This document shows, piece after piece, positions 40,512-49,735 of a stretch of 64,000 nt of DNA. The DNA lies in NCBI GenBank assembly GCA_016839705.1, contig JAEOTR010000030.1:1-64000 (forward strand), given 5' to 3'. Numbering within the stretch: the stretch's first letter is position 1; every line of letters begins with the position of its first letter. The notes beneath the pieces were generated by a model. It saw only the letters and a program-made list of their open reading frames with translations. It made no database searches and was not told where the DNA came from. This stretch comes from Promethearchaeota archaeon (GTDB lineage Archaea > Asgardarchaeota > Lokiarchaeia > Sigyniarchaeales > SOKP01). The position numbers and the translations under genes are program-made.

Positions 40512-42380
40512 TCAATAAAACATTTTATCTAATTCTTCTTTCAATTTAGCGGGAGGAAATTTAGGTTCTCGGTCAAGCGTTAGCAACCCATTTATTTCTT
40601 GAAATTGATCATAAAGTTCGGTATAGCAAAATCCTTGAATCCAATCCTTTCTTTTTTCAAATTCTTTAAGTAAACTTAAGACTCCCTGAAAGAGATCTTC
40701 TTCAGTTTCAATTAAATTTCCATATCCCCATTTATTTTCAACGTTTTTATCAAAATCGTATCCAAATCCACCTATTTCACTGTAAATAATCGGTTCATTG
40801 GCATATTTATAAGGTTTTAGATAAGTTTCTATTACTGCCTGTTCTTGATTACTTATTTCTTCCTCCAAGGAATCAGGTAATTTTATTGATTGTGAATCAG
40901 CATAATAGTGTCTTGTACAAATATCAGTTTTCGTATGCCACCATCCATCATCGTCGACAACCAATCTTGTTGAATCGATGGATTTTATTAAATAGAATAA
41001 CGAAAGAGTGTAAGCTGCCCTTTTAGGATCTCTTCTTAGACTGAAGACACCCCATGACTCGTTGATTGGAACCCAGGAAATGATCGACGGATGATTATAA
41101 TCCCGTTCTATTTCTTCTACAAATTCATTTAACAAACGCATTTGTGAGTTCACGGTAAATCTACGGGCATTCCCTATTTCTCCCCATACTAAAACCCCCA
41201 TTTTATCACACCAGTATAAGAATAGTGGATCAAAAGCTTTCTGATGTGTTCTTAACCCATTAAAGCCAAAATCTTTTATATATTGTATGTCTTTTTTAAT
41301 ATCATTTTCAGAGGGTGCAGTATATAATCCATCAGGCCAATATCCCTGTACTAAAAAGAGTTTCTGATATAGTGGTTTATTATTTAGTAAAATTTGTTTA
41401 TTTTTTTTCTGTTTAACATCAGACACCGAAATGCTTCTTAACCCAAAATAACTTCTTACCTCATCATAAATCATCTCTGTATTCTTATTAAAAATCTTTA
41501 AATTAACATCATACAAATTTGGGTTTTCTGGATCCCAAAGGTAATTTAAATCTTTAGGAATTTGAACCTTAAATTTAAAACAATTCGGTGTTTTTGGGAA
41601 TAATCTTCCTTTGAATTCTGGGTTGATCTCTACATCCTCAAATATTCCTAAAAAATGCAAATCAATATCTTCTTTAATAACGCCTTGATTTTCAAATAAA
41701 ATTTCATATTTTAGGAAAATATCAGAAAAATCAGTTCCGTGAACATTGAATTCGAACATTACTTCAGTTTTATCTACATCAGGAGTCATTTTCAATTTTT
41801 TCAGATAAAAATCTGAGGAAACAAATTCTATCCACACTGTTTGCCATATACCTGAAACTCTCGGGTAGAAAATTCTTTCTATTTCCCTTCTCCAATATTG
41901 CTTTCCTCTTGGTATTTCCAGGGATTGGCTAGGATCTTCTACTCGTAGTACCATAACATTTAATTCTTCAATAAATTCTGTAATGTCTATTGAAAATCCA
42001 ATATATCCCCCTTCATGAGACCCAACATACTCTCCATTTAAATATACCATACAGGAATAATCAACTGCCCCAAAATGAAGTAACACTTTTTTTTTTTGAA
42101 ATTTTTTCTGTATAACAAATTCTCTTCTATACCATATGATATCATGAAAAGAATTATCCTCAATTCCGCTTAAAGGACTCTGGAAGCAGAAGGGTACAAG
42201 AATTTTTTTATTGAATTTATCAAATGCTTCCTTTTTATACCATCTCTCTTTTAGCCCCAAATTTAAATCATCAAACACAAAATCCCATTCTCCATTGAGA
42301 TTTAACCAATTATTCTCTCTTACAAATTGAGGTCGAGGATACTCTGGTCTTGGTAGTGTGTTTTGCTCTGTCTCTTTCAT
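40512..42380 (-). CDS. Glycoside hydrolase family 2
   Basis: PRPEYPRPQF, LHFGAVDY, SGIWQTVWIE, NHPSIISWVPINESWG, SEIGG, EINGLL. Confidence 0.93.
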   Translation of the reverse strand: MKETEQNTLPRPEYPRPQFVRENNWLNLNGEWDFVFDDLNLGLKERWYKKEAFDKFNKKILVPFCFQSPLSGIEDNSFHDIIWYRREFVIQKKFQKKKVLLHFGAVDYSCMVYLNGEYVGSHEGGYIGFSIDITEFIEELNVMVLRVEDPSQSLEIPRGKQYWRREIERIFYPRVSGIWQTVWIEFVSSDFYLKKLKMTPDVDKTEVMFEFNVHGTDFSDIFLKYEILFENQGVIKEDIDLHFLGIFEDVEINPEFKGRLFPKTPNCFKFKVQIPKDLNYLWDPENPNLYDVNLKIFNKNTEMIYDEVRSYFGLRSISVSDVKQKKNKQILLNNKPLYQKLFLVQGYWPDGLYTAPSENDIKKDIQYIKDFGFNGLRTHQKAFDPLFLYWCDKMGVLVWGEIGNARRFTVNSQMRLLNEFVEEIERDYNHPSIISWVPINESWGVFSLRRDPKRAAYTLSLFYLIKSIDSTRLVVDDDGWWHTKTDICTRHYYADSQSIKLPDSLEEEISNQEQAVIETYLKPYKYANEPIIYSEIGGFGYDFDKNVENKWGYGNLIETEEDLFQGVLSLLKEFEKRKDWIQGFCYTELYDQFQEINGLLTLDREPKFPPAKLKEELDKMFY

Positions 42381-42456
42381 GCAAAAGAAAAAGCAAAAAA
42401 CAATAAAAAGTTATTTAAAAAATGAATTATATCATCATCTGTTTGAGGATGGATCG

Positions 42457-42556
42457 ATTAAGAGGTCGTTTGGTCCTTATACTGGGCTAAGTTTCGTTAA
42501 ATTCAATCTTGACTGGTCACCTAAGGTTTAAGCCATTTCGCTTCTTCGACCTTAAT
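42457..42556 (+). ncRNA. Candidate structured ncRNA (closing helix plus internal hairpins)
   Basis: GAGGTCG/CGACCTT closing stem; TTGGTCC/GGGCTAA, GTTAA/TTGAC, TGGT/GCCA arms with G-U pairs on the + strand; GC-richer than its flanks. Confidence 0.4.
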
Positions 42557-42843
42557 TAAAGAGAAACAAAGAAATTTTATTGATAATGATTGAACTGTAA
42601 AACATTTCTAACCTATTTTGCTTTCTTCTACCAAAAAATTCAATATCATCGTCATAAACTATAATCTTAATAGAAAGAAAATAGATTGACTATTTGATAA
42701 TCACTATTTTCATAATCTGAATTGAATCTATTATAATTATTCACCATATTATCGAATTTGGAAAAGCTTGTATCATTGTGATAGAACAATTTTATCGCAT
42801 TTTTTAACATACATGATCAATCTTGATCGATCACTTTTCCGTT

Positions 42844-42883
42844 ATAGGATCACAATATTAATGCAATCCGCAATGTTTATATA
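42844..42883 (+). promoter_or_regulatory. Promoter (GATCA-CAATAT element plus TATA) of the 43085-lpdA unit
   Basis: ATAGGATCACAATAT...GCAATGTTTATATA; similar to 45341-45377. Confidence 0.55.
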
Positions 42884-43084
42884 CGATATCTGACATATAA
42901 CTATTAGAGAACGATCAAGTTTCCGGCTCTCGACGGTCATTTATATTCCCACATGCATTCATGTAAGAATTTGATAACAAAAGGGGGATGATTTTGATAG
43001 TTTGTATGATCATTATTAGTTCATATTCGCCGAAAATTGATCTTTCAAGAAAAAATAAAAAAACAAAAAAAAAGGAGGATGAAA

Positions 43085-43684
43085 ATGAATAATATAATGT
43101 TTGAAACTTTGGCTGATAATAATTTTTCCGTATATATGATACAAGAAAAGGATGAAAAGGTTAAAGAAGACGATGTAGAAAGAATATTAGAGAATATCAA
43201 GGATATTTCTATAAATTTCGCTACAATTGATTTGGGCCATATGAATTTAAGGGAGTTTAACGAAACTGCTTTATCAAAAGTATTAAGGAAGTTTGGGATT
43301 CCTTATTTCACGATTCAATTACCCCATTATGTTAAAGGGCATTATTCAAGCCAACTGAGTGAAATTCAAAATAAGTATAATGAGTTAAAATCTACTTATG
43401 ATTCACTAAAAGATAAAAATGCTCCTAGTGCTCAAGAACTCTGTTATTTAATTCAATACTATTCAACTGAGCTTAAAGAATTAAACCACTACATTAGTAA
43501 ACAAGTGCGAACGAGCGCAGTGACCAAAAGAATTTTAGAAGTCATAAAAGATCGTCCAGATGAAGATATGACCTTTATTCATTTTGGTGAGGAGAATACT
43601 TTTGTAGAAATCATGAAAGAGTTGAAAGAATTGAATGTTAAATCTAACGTCATTTTTATACAGAGCTCAAGATTTATAAATTAA
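43085..43684 (+). CDS. Hypothetical protein, degenerate TraB/EreA-like domain; paralog of the N-terminus of 45479-47161
   Basis: LRKFGIPY...GHY...coiled coil...VR...FIHFG aligns with LRKYEIPY...GYL...VR...FHICD; SD AGGAGG before ATG 43085 (track start 43037). Confidence 0.75.
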   Translation: MNNIMFETLADNNFSVYMIQEKDEKVKEDDVERILENIKDISINFATIDLGHMNLREFNETALSKVLRKFGIPYFTIQLPHYVKGHYSSQLSEIQNKYNELKSTYDSLKDKNAPSAQELCYLIQYYSTELKELNHYISKQVRTSAVTKRILEVIKDRPDEDMTFIHFGEENTFVEIMKELKELNVKSNVIFIQSSRFIN

Positions 43685-43735
43685 TTTTATTCCCAAATTA
43701 AAATTTAGAGAATTAAAAACGCAGAGGTAAGAGTT

Positions 43736-45280
43736 ATGAAAATAATTGAAGAAGAGTATGATCTGGCAATCATCGGAGCGGGTCCAGGTGGCTATCATTC
43801 AGCCATCAGAGCAGCTCAATATGGTGCGAAAGTTGCATTAATTGAAAAAGACAAATTAGGTGGCACATGTTTAAATAGAGGATGCATTCCTACTAAAGCA
43901 TTACTTGCTTCTGCCCATTTTATTGAGAAAATTCAAAAAGCAGAAGAATTTGGTGTAGAGATTAAAGGTTTTAGTTCTAATTTCAGTAAGGTAGTAGAGC
44001 GAAAAGATAAGATAGTAAATGAACTTGGCACTGGTATCGCAAATCTACAAAAGGCTTGGAAAAATGACGTTTACATCGGATTTGGTAAGATTCTTAGAGG
44101 TAATGCTCAAGAAGGTTTTAAAGTATTAATTCAGGGAGAAAATAATGAGGAGTTAATTCATGCTAAAAGAGTTATTATAGCAACTGGTTCGACTCCTGCT
44201 TTAATACCAAATTTTAATGTAGACCATAAAAGAATTTTAACAAGTGATGATATTTTGGATTCCAATTTCAAAACTATTCCCAAAAGATTGTTAATTATTG
44301 GAGCAGGGGTTATTGGATGTGAGTTTGCAGACATTTTTACAACTTTTGGGAGTAAAGTAACATTGTTAGAATATCTACCTTCACCAATCGCGACGGAAGA
44401 ACCAATAATTATTAAGCAGTTACAAAAGAAATTCGATTCAAAAGGAATTAAGATCATTACTTCTCAAAATGTATTATCTGTAGAAAACACAGGCTCAAGT
44501 GTAAAAGCTTTAACCTGTTCTGCTTCAGTGCCAACAGAAGAAATTGAACTCGCAGAAAAATTTAGTTTTGAGGCTGATCTATGTTTAATTTCTATTGGTA
44601 GGAATAAGGTGTCAAAAAATTTGGGATTAGAGGAATTAGGCATTGAAACAAGAAGGGGAGCAATTGAAGTTGATCCAGGCACATTAGAAACTGTTGTCAA
44701 TGGAATATATGCAATTGGCGATGTGACTGGAGGAATTATGCTTGCTCATGTAGCAAGTTATGAGGGTGATATAGCAGTTGCAAATGCTCTGCGTAGTCTC
44801 GGAGTAATCAAAAATCATTCTAGGAGAACTAATTATAGGGTCGTTCCTTCTACAATTTTTACAAGTCCTAATATCGGTTCAGTCGGATTGAAAAGAAATC
44901 AGGCTAGAGAACTAGGTATAGATGTTTTAGTTGGTCAATTTCCATATGAATCCCTTGGAAAAGCGAAATGTATGGGAGAAGAAGGACTTCTAATATTATT
45001 AGCAGATAAACATACTCTCCAAATAGTTGGTGCTTCTTGCATTGGTGAAGGGGCTTCAGAATTAATTGCTGAGGTGGCACTTGCCATGCAACACGGTTTA
45101 TCCATCGAAGACATCACTCATACAATCCATAGTCATCCAACTCTCTCAGAAATGGTGCTAGAAGCAGCAGAGGCAGTTAAAGGTCGAGCTATTCATAAAA
45201 AAGGACACCCTATTGCGCCTAGATTAAGAGATATTCTAATGGAGCAACTTCCTTTGGGAGTTGAATACGGAACAGAATAA
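43736..45280 (+). CDS. lpdA: Dihydrolipoyl dehydrogenase
   Basis: GAGPGGY, GGTCLNRGCIPTK, GAGVIGCE, AIGD, LAHVA, HSHPTLSE. Confidence 0.93.
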   Translation: MKIIEEEYDLAIIGAGPGGYHSAIRAAQYGAKVALIEKDKLGGTCLNRGCIPTKALLASAHFIEKIQKAEEFGVEIKGFSSNFSKVVERKDKIVNELGTGIANLQKAWKNDVYIGFGKILRGNAQEGFKVLIQGENNEELIHAKRVIIATGSTPALIPNFNVDHKRILTSDDILDSNFKTIPKRLLIIGAGVIGCEFADIFTTFGSKVTLLEYLPSPIATEEPIIIKQLQKKFDSKGIKIITSQNVLSVENTGSSVKALTCSASVPTEEIELAEKFSFEADLCLISIGRNKVSKNLGLEELGIETRRGAIEVDPGTLETVVNGIYAIGDVTGGIMLAHVASYEGDIAVANALRSLGVIKNHSRRTNYRVVPSTIFTSPNIGSVGLKRNQARELGIDVLVGQFPYESLGKAKCMGEEGLLILLADKHTLQIVGASCIGEGASELIAEVALAMQHGLSIEDITHTIHSHPTLSEMVLEAAEAVKGRAIHKKGHPIAPRLRDILMEQLPLGVEYGTE

Positions 45281-45340
45281 ATTCTAACTTTTCTTTTTTA
45301 TATTTTTTCAATAATTCTTATTTTCTGTTTTATGTAACAA

Positions 45341-45377
45341 ATAGATCATCAATATGCTCGAATAGCAACATTTATAT
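45341..45377 (+). promoter_or_regulatory. Promoter of the Mtd fusion gene
   Basis: ATAGATCATCAATAT...GCAACATTTATAT; similar to 42844-42883. Confidence 0.55.
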
Positions 45378-45478
45378 GCTTGGAAAACATAATATGATTT
45401 GGGAAAATCTACAAAAAAATATCGAAAAATGAAAATGGTAAATATTATCTAATTAAAAATAAGAGGTGTTGACAAAAA

Positions 45479-47161
45479 ATGGAAGTTTTAGAATTAAAAC
45501 CTTTAAAAAAAAATCGATTAAAATTAGTTTTAATTGAAAGTGAATTTCCTATTGAATGGTGGTTTGAAAGCTCAGCACAGAAAAAACATGACTTAGTATG
45601 GAATTTGAATTTAATTTCAAAAGAATATATTGATTTAATTGAAGGTCTCATTAACAAGTATAATCCTAATTATGTTACTGAAGAGAAAGGTAGCAGGTGG
45701 GAAGAAGTAATATCACAAAATGACCCAATAGCTACATTATTAAGAAAATATGAGATACCCTATCAAATGGTAGACATTTCCGAAAATGCTGAGGGTTATC
45801 TCTCTGTAAATTTTGATGAATATAGAACTCTAATTGAACAATTAGAAAGAAATCTTTATAACTATTCCAATTCTAGCGAATCAGCCATTCAAAATGAATT
45901 CGAATATCAGAGAGCTGTATTATGGAAGGAGCATTTACAACAAGAGTATAATAATAAAGAAAATGATATAAGATATAAAGTTCGAGAAGCGTGGATGATG
46001 ATGAAAATTATGAAATTCGCAAGAAAGATTGAAAAAAAAAATCTTACTGCTTTTCATATTTGTGATCCACACCATTTTAAAGGAATTAAGAGACTAGCTG
46101 AAGAATTGGGAGTTATTATTGAGGAGATAAAAATTAAAAGAGAAAGTAAAATTGTCCATAGTTCTGAAATATTTCCAATAAAGAGTATGATGAATAATTC
46201 AATAATAGAATTAACACCTGTAAAAATAAAGAAAAAGGAGAAACTTGATAAAATTTGTTATTTTTTTGACACTGATGAAAAAGCCTCTCCTTTTGATATT
46301 AATATGGCTTATGATGCAGGATTTGACGTGGTTGTTCCATTTAATAATGTAAAAGCAAAACAAGTACAAAAATTAGTTCAAGATGCGATCTTTTCACGTA
46401 GACCTGGTGCTCCTACATCATTCTTTATTGGTGGATCGGATGTGAAAGAAGGAGAGGAAATAGCTCACACTGTTATTAATTCATTGGTACACCCTTACGA
46501 ATGTCCTGTAATTATCGATCCTAGAGGCTCCTATACAACAGCCTCTTCAATTGTAGCGAAAACTATGGAAATAACCAAAGCTAATAATATTGATGATTTA
46601 AGAGGAAAAAAAGTCGTAATTTTAGGAGCAGGTCCAGTTGCTCAGATCGCAGCCATATTAGCTGCTAAATTAAAATGTCATACCTACCTAGTAGAAACTT
46701 GGAATAAGTCTAATGAGAAATTTATTGAGGAATTATCACGAGAATTATCAAAGGAAGCTGGAATAGATGCTACAAGAATTATAGGAATATTCGCAGTACA
46801 CGATGAAGAAAAATACCAAATTTTGAAAGATGCAGATATCATATGGTCTCTAGCTGCCGTAGGTATTCAAGTATTATCAAGAGATGTAATGAATAAATTA
46901 AAAAACAAAATAATCTTTGATATAAACTTAGTACCTCCGTATGGTGTTGATGGACTAAAACCCAAGGATTCTAATAGAGAAATCTTTCCAAGCATTTTCG
47001 GAACTGGGGCATTAACAGTGGGTCGTCTAAAATCTAAAGTTGAGGAAGCCATTCTAAAAGAAGCTTCAATAACCAATGGGAAAAAAGTTTTTGATTATCT
47101 ATTCGCATTCGAAAAAGCAAAACAACTAATATTTGGAAATGAAATAGAAATCTCTCAATAA
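45479..47161 (+). CDS. Fusion of an N-terminal TraB/EreA-like domain and an NAD(P)-dependent methylene-H4MPT/H4F dehydrogenase (MtdA/MtdB family)
   Basis: C-terminal half: SPFDINMAYDAG, QDAIFSR, FIGG, DPRGSYTTA, GAGPVA, DINLVPPYGVDG, GALTVGRLK. Confidence 0.85.
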   Translation: MEVLELKPLKKNRLKLVLIESEFPIEWWFESSAQKKHDLVWNLNLISKEYIDLIEGLINKYNPNYVTEEKGSRWEEVISQNDPIATLLRKYEIPYQMVDISENAEGYLSVNFDEYRTLIEQLERNLYNYSNSSESAIQNEFEYQRAVLWKEHLQQEYNNKENDIRYKVREAWMMMKIMKFARKIEKKNLTAFHICDPHHFKGIKRLAEELGVIIEEIKIKRESKIVHSSEIFPIKSMMNNSIIELTPVKIKKKEKLDKICYFFDTDEKASPFDINMAYDAGFDVVVPFNNVKAKQVQKLVQDAIFSRRPGAPTSFFIGGSDVKEGEEIAHTVINSLVHPYECPVIIDPRGSYTTASSIVAKTMEITKANNIDDLRGKKVVILGAGPVAQIAAILAAKLKCHTYLVETWNKSNEKFIEELSRELSKEAGIDATRIIGIFAVHDEEKYQILKDADIIWSLAAVGIQVLSRDVMNKLKNKIIFDINLVPPYGVDGLKPKDSNREIFPSIFGTGALTVGRLKSKVEEAILKEASITNGKKVFDYLFAFEKAKQLIFGNEIEISQ

Positions 47162-47218
47162 TTTTTTTTTTCTTATTATTTAGATTATAACTAGTTCAAT
47201 TTAGGAGGAAGTGTAATT

Positions 47219-47734
47219 TTGCGTTCAACAAACCCGTTTCAAATTTTCATAATGTATCGTGATGAACTTAACGGTATTCTTCCCCTTCTAATTTTTCCAG
47301 ATGAATCCGTTAAACAAGATAATAATACAATGAAACCAATCTATTATCATCCAATTTGGAATTTCTCCATCGATGATACCAAAAAAGCCGAGGGAGTAAA
47401 TTTGATTTATAGAAAAAATGTTTATTGTGCTAAAAATTACCTAGTCTATTGTGAGGCAATAGAAGAAAGTAAGGTTGATTATTTAAAGGGATTTTTTAAA
47501 AAGATAGTTATTATAATAGTTATTCCGGAAGAAATGAATTATGAGCAAAAAATTTTTCTGAAAAGTGCCATAGAAGTCATCATTAAAAATTTTAAAAGCC
47601 ATTTTACTAAAATTGTAAAATCAGAGATTTTAAAACTAGACATAATAAAAATCCCCAAAAATGAAAATATTATCAAAGAGGGAAATACTTTAAAAGAAAA
47701 GATTAGAAAATTATTAAAAACTATTTTTATTTAA
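47219..47734 (+). CDS. Hypothetical protein, possible longin/uDENN-like domain
   Basis: IFIMYRDELNGILPLLIFP start and KIVIIIVIPE strand; SD AGGAGG. Confidence 0.55.
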   Translation: MRSTNPFQIFIMYRDELNGILPLLIFPDESVKQDNNTMKPIYYHPIWNFSIDDTKKAEGVNLIYRKNVYCAKNYLVYCEAIEESKVDYLKGFFKKIVIIIVIPEEMNYEQKIFLKSAIEVIIKNFKSHFTKIVKSEILKLDIIKIPKNENIIKEGNTLKEKIRKLLKTIFI

Positions 47735-47885
47735 CAAATAGGAATCGCACACCTAAAATCCATGAAAAATAACCAGAATTTAGTTTAAATTTTAGTTTGA
47801 TCATTGGTTTGTGGTAGGGAAGGAGGTTTATATTTTCGCTCTCCAATTGCGACAAAGGCATCAATAACCTGTCAAGTTACTAAAT

Positions 47886-48503
47886 TTATGTATCTCTGTT
47901 AACAACCTTTTCATTAATTTTTTTAGGGAAGAACATACCCGTCTTCCTTTTGTAGTCAATATAGGATTCCCCATACCTAACTACTAAATCTTTCTCTTCT
48001 GCCTTACAAAACCAGTAAAAAAGTGGGAACCATACGATAGAATATATAAAAAGAAATGGAGAATTTAAAATTAGGGCAACTGACAACCAAATAAAGGCTT
48101 CCCCTAATGCTTGAGGGTGTCTAATCTTTTCATATATCCCCGAATAAAGAGTATGACTTATATCTGGGAAAAGAGCTTCTCTTCCTGCATCTTTAACTCC
48201 TTTTAACATAATGTATAAAGAAGGAAGTAAAATGATAATAGCAATAAGAATGGATATCCAATAATCCCATATAAAGAATTGAGGTATTGGAATAGGTAAT
48301 GGGAGAAAAAAGTAGAATAGATAATTAACTACTGTAATTAATTCAAATACACTTGCAGTTATCCTATAATACGCGCATCTTGAAAATGCTTTTAATCCTA
48401 TTTTTTGACTTAATGTTGCTGGATAGACACTCTTGATATAAAATAATGCCATTATGGCAGTTGAGAGAATTAGTATTATAAAATTAATCCAACTAAACAT
48501 CAT
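47886..48503 (-). CDS. Isoprenylcysteine carboxyl methyltransferase/PEMT family membrane protein
   Basis: GIYEKIRHPQ, EEKDLVVRYGESYIDY. Confidence 0.88.
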   Translation of the reverse strand: MMFSWINFIILILSTAIMALFYIKSVYPATLSQKIGLKAFSRCAYYRITASVFELITVVNYLFYFFLPLPIPIPQFFIWDYWISILIAIIILLPSLYIMLKGVKDAGREALFPDISHTLYSGIYEKIRHPQALGEAFIWLSVALILNSPFLFIYSIVWFPLFYWFCKAEEKDLVVRYGESYIDYKRKTGMFFPKKINEKVVNRDT

Positions 48504-48543
48504 AGTATTTAATTCTGCTAAGGATATAACACTTTATTTTCCT

Positions 48544-49569
48544 TTAACTATAATAGAGAATTTTCCGATTTTTTTCAATAGAGTGTACTAAACCTTGATT
48601 TTCAAGGAAAAATAAATGTCCAAGCGTTTCTGAAAGAGCTAAGAATGAATTTGTATCATCTAACTCCCCAAAATGTAATTGGGAAATTTCTAAGGGTGTT
48701 CGAGCTTTATCTTTAATTACCCGTGATATATCTGCTAACCTATTTTTATGATGTTCCTTAATCTCTGAAATACGCTTATGAGGATCATAGATTATTTCTT
48801 GGTGAGCGGGAAATATTATTTTAGGCCCAAGCTTGTCAATTCGATCTAAAGAATCTAAATAATGGCTAAGGATGTTGTTAAAGTCATAACCTTCATATTG
48901 TTCAGTAAGAAATCTTGGTACAATATAATTTCCGATATGAGGAGTTATCCGTGATAGGATATGGTCCCCAACAAACAAATATTTAGTCTTCGTATTAAAC
49001 AAACAGATATGACCAAAACTATGCCCGGGTGTCCAAATAACCTCTAAGTCATTAAGGATCTTATCTCCATCATGTAAAATTATATCTGGTTTTTGATACT
49101 GACGTAATTTAGGCCAATAACTAAGAAATGATATCACTCTTTCGGACTGACTTTCATTAAAACCATATGTTATCATTTGGTTTGCGATTTTTGTAGCTTC
49201 TCTTTCAATCTCACTTAGATTTTCTTGCTCAGTTTCCCATTTAAGAGTTTCATAGGTGATGTGATGCATTAGAAGCTTGAGATCCGGATTCCTTTTCTTT
49301 AAGGTGGGAGCTAATCCAACATGATCAGTATGATTGTGAGAAATAAAGCAATAATCAATATCTTGAAGTGAAATATTAATTTTTTTAAGAGCTGAAAAGA
49401 ATAACTTACTCCAGTTTGCCATGTTTAATCCTGAATCGAAAAGGATTTTACTCCCCTTATGGTCAAAAAGATACACACTTACGTTTTTTACTGACCATGG
49501 TACATCAATTTTAATTTGATGGACATCTTCAATTTTATTTATTTCAGAGTTAAAACTTGAGAAGTACAA
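48544..49569 (-). CDS. MBL-fold metallo-hydrolase with C-terminal winged helix
   Basis: SHNHTDHVG, TPGHSFGH, GDHIL, PAH. Confidence 0.9.
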   Translation of the reverse strand: MYFSSFNSEINKIEDVHQIKIDVPWSVKNVSVYLFDHKGSKILFDSGLNMANWSKLFFSALKKINISLQDIDYCFISHNHTDHVGLAPTLKKRNPDLKLLMHHITYETLKWETEQENLSEIEREATKIANQMITYGFNESQSERVISFLSYWPKLRQYQKPDIILHDGDKILNDLEVIWTPGHSFGHICLFNTKTKYLFVGDHILSRITPHIGNYIVPRFLTEQYEGYDFNNILSHYLDSLDRIDKLGPKIIFPAHQEIIYDPHKRISEIKEHHKNRLADISRVIKDKARTPLEISQLHFGELDDTNSFLALSETLGHLFFLENQGLVHSIEKNRKILYYS

Positions 49570-49735
49570 CGCAAATTAGACCTGTAATAGTAGTGAATAT
49601 AATAATTAAACTCCGAATTTTTACTTTCGTATTTATGCTTTCCCATTAGTTTAATATCATTCTAAACCAAAAAACAAAATTATAAAAGTTCAAAAAAAAA
49701 TTATATATCTACTTTAAAATATACCAATTAAAAAG

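Noticed and set aside
42457-42556. tRNA-Sec call
   Set aside because: The UCA-containing loop is 8 nt and there is no T-arm or long acceptor-T stack; kept only as an ncRNA candidate
42988-43092. 34-aa upstream ORF overlapping the 43085 start
   Set aside because: Its C-terminus is poly-A derived and there is no supporting homology
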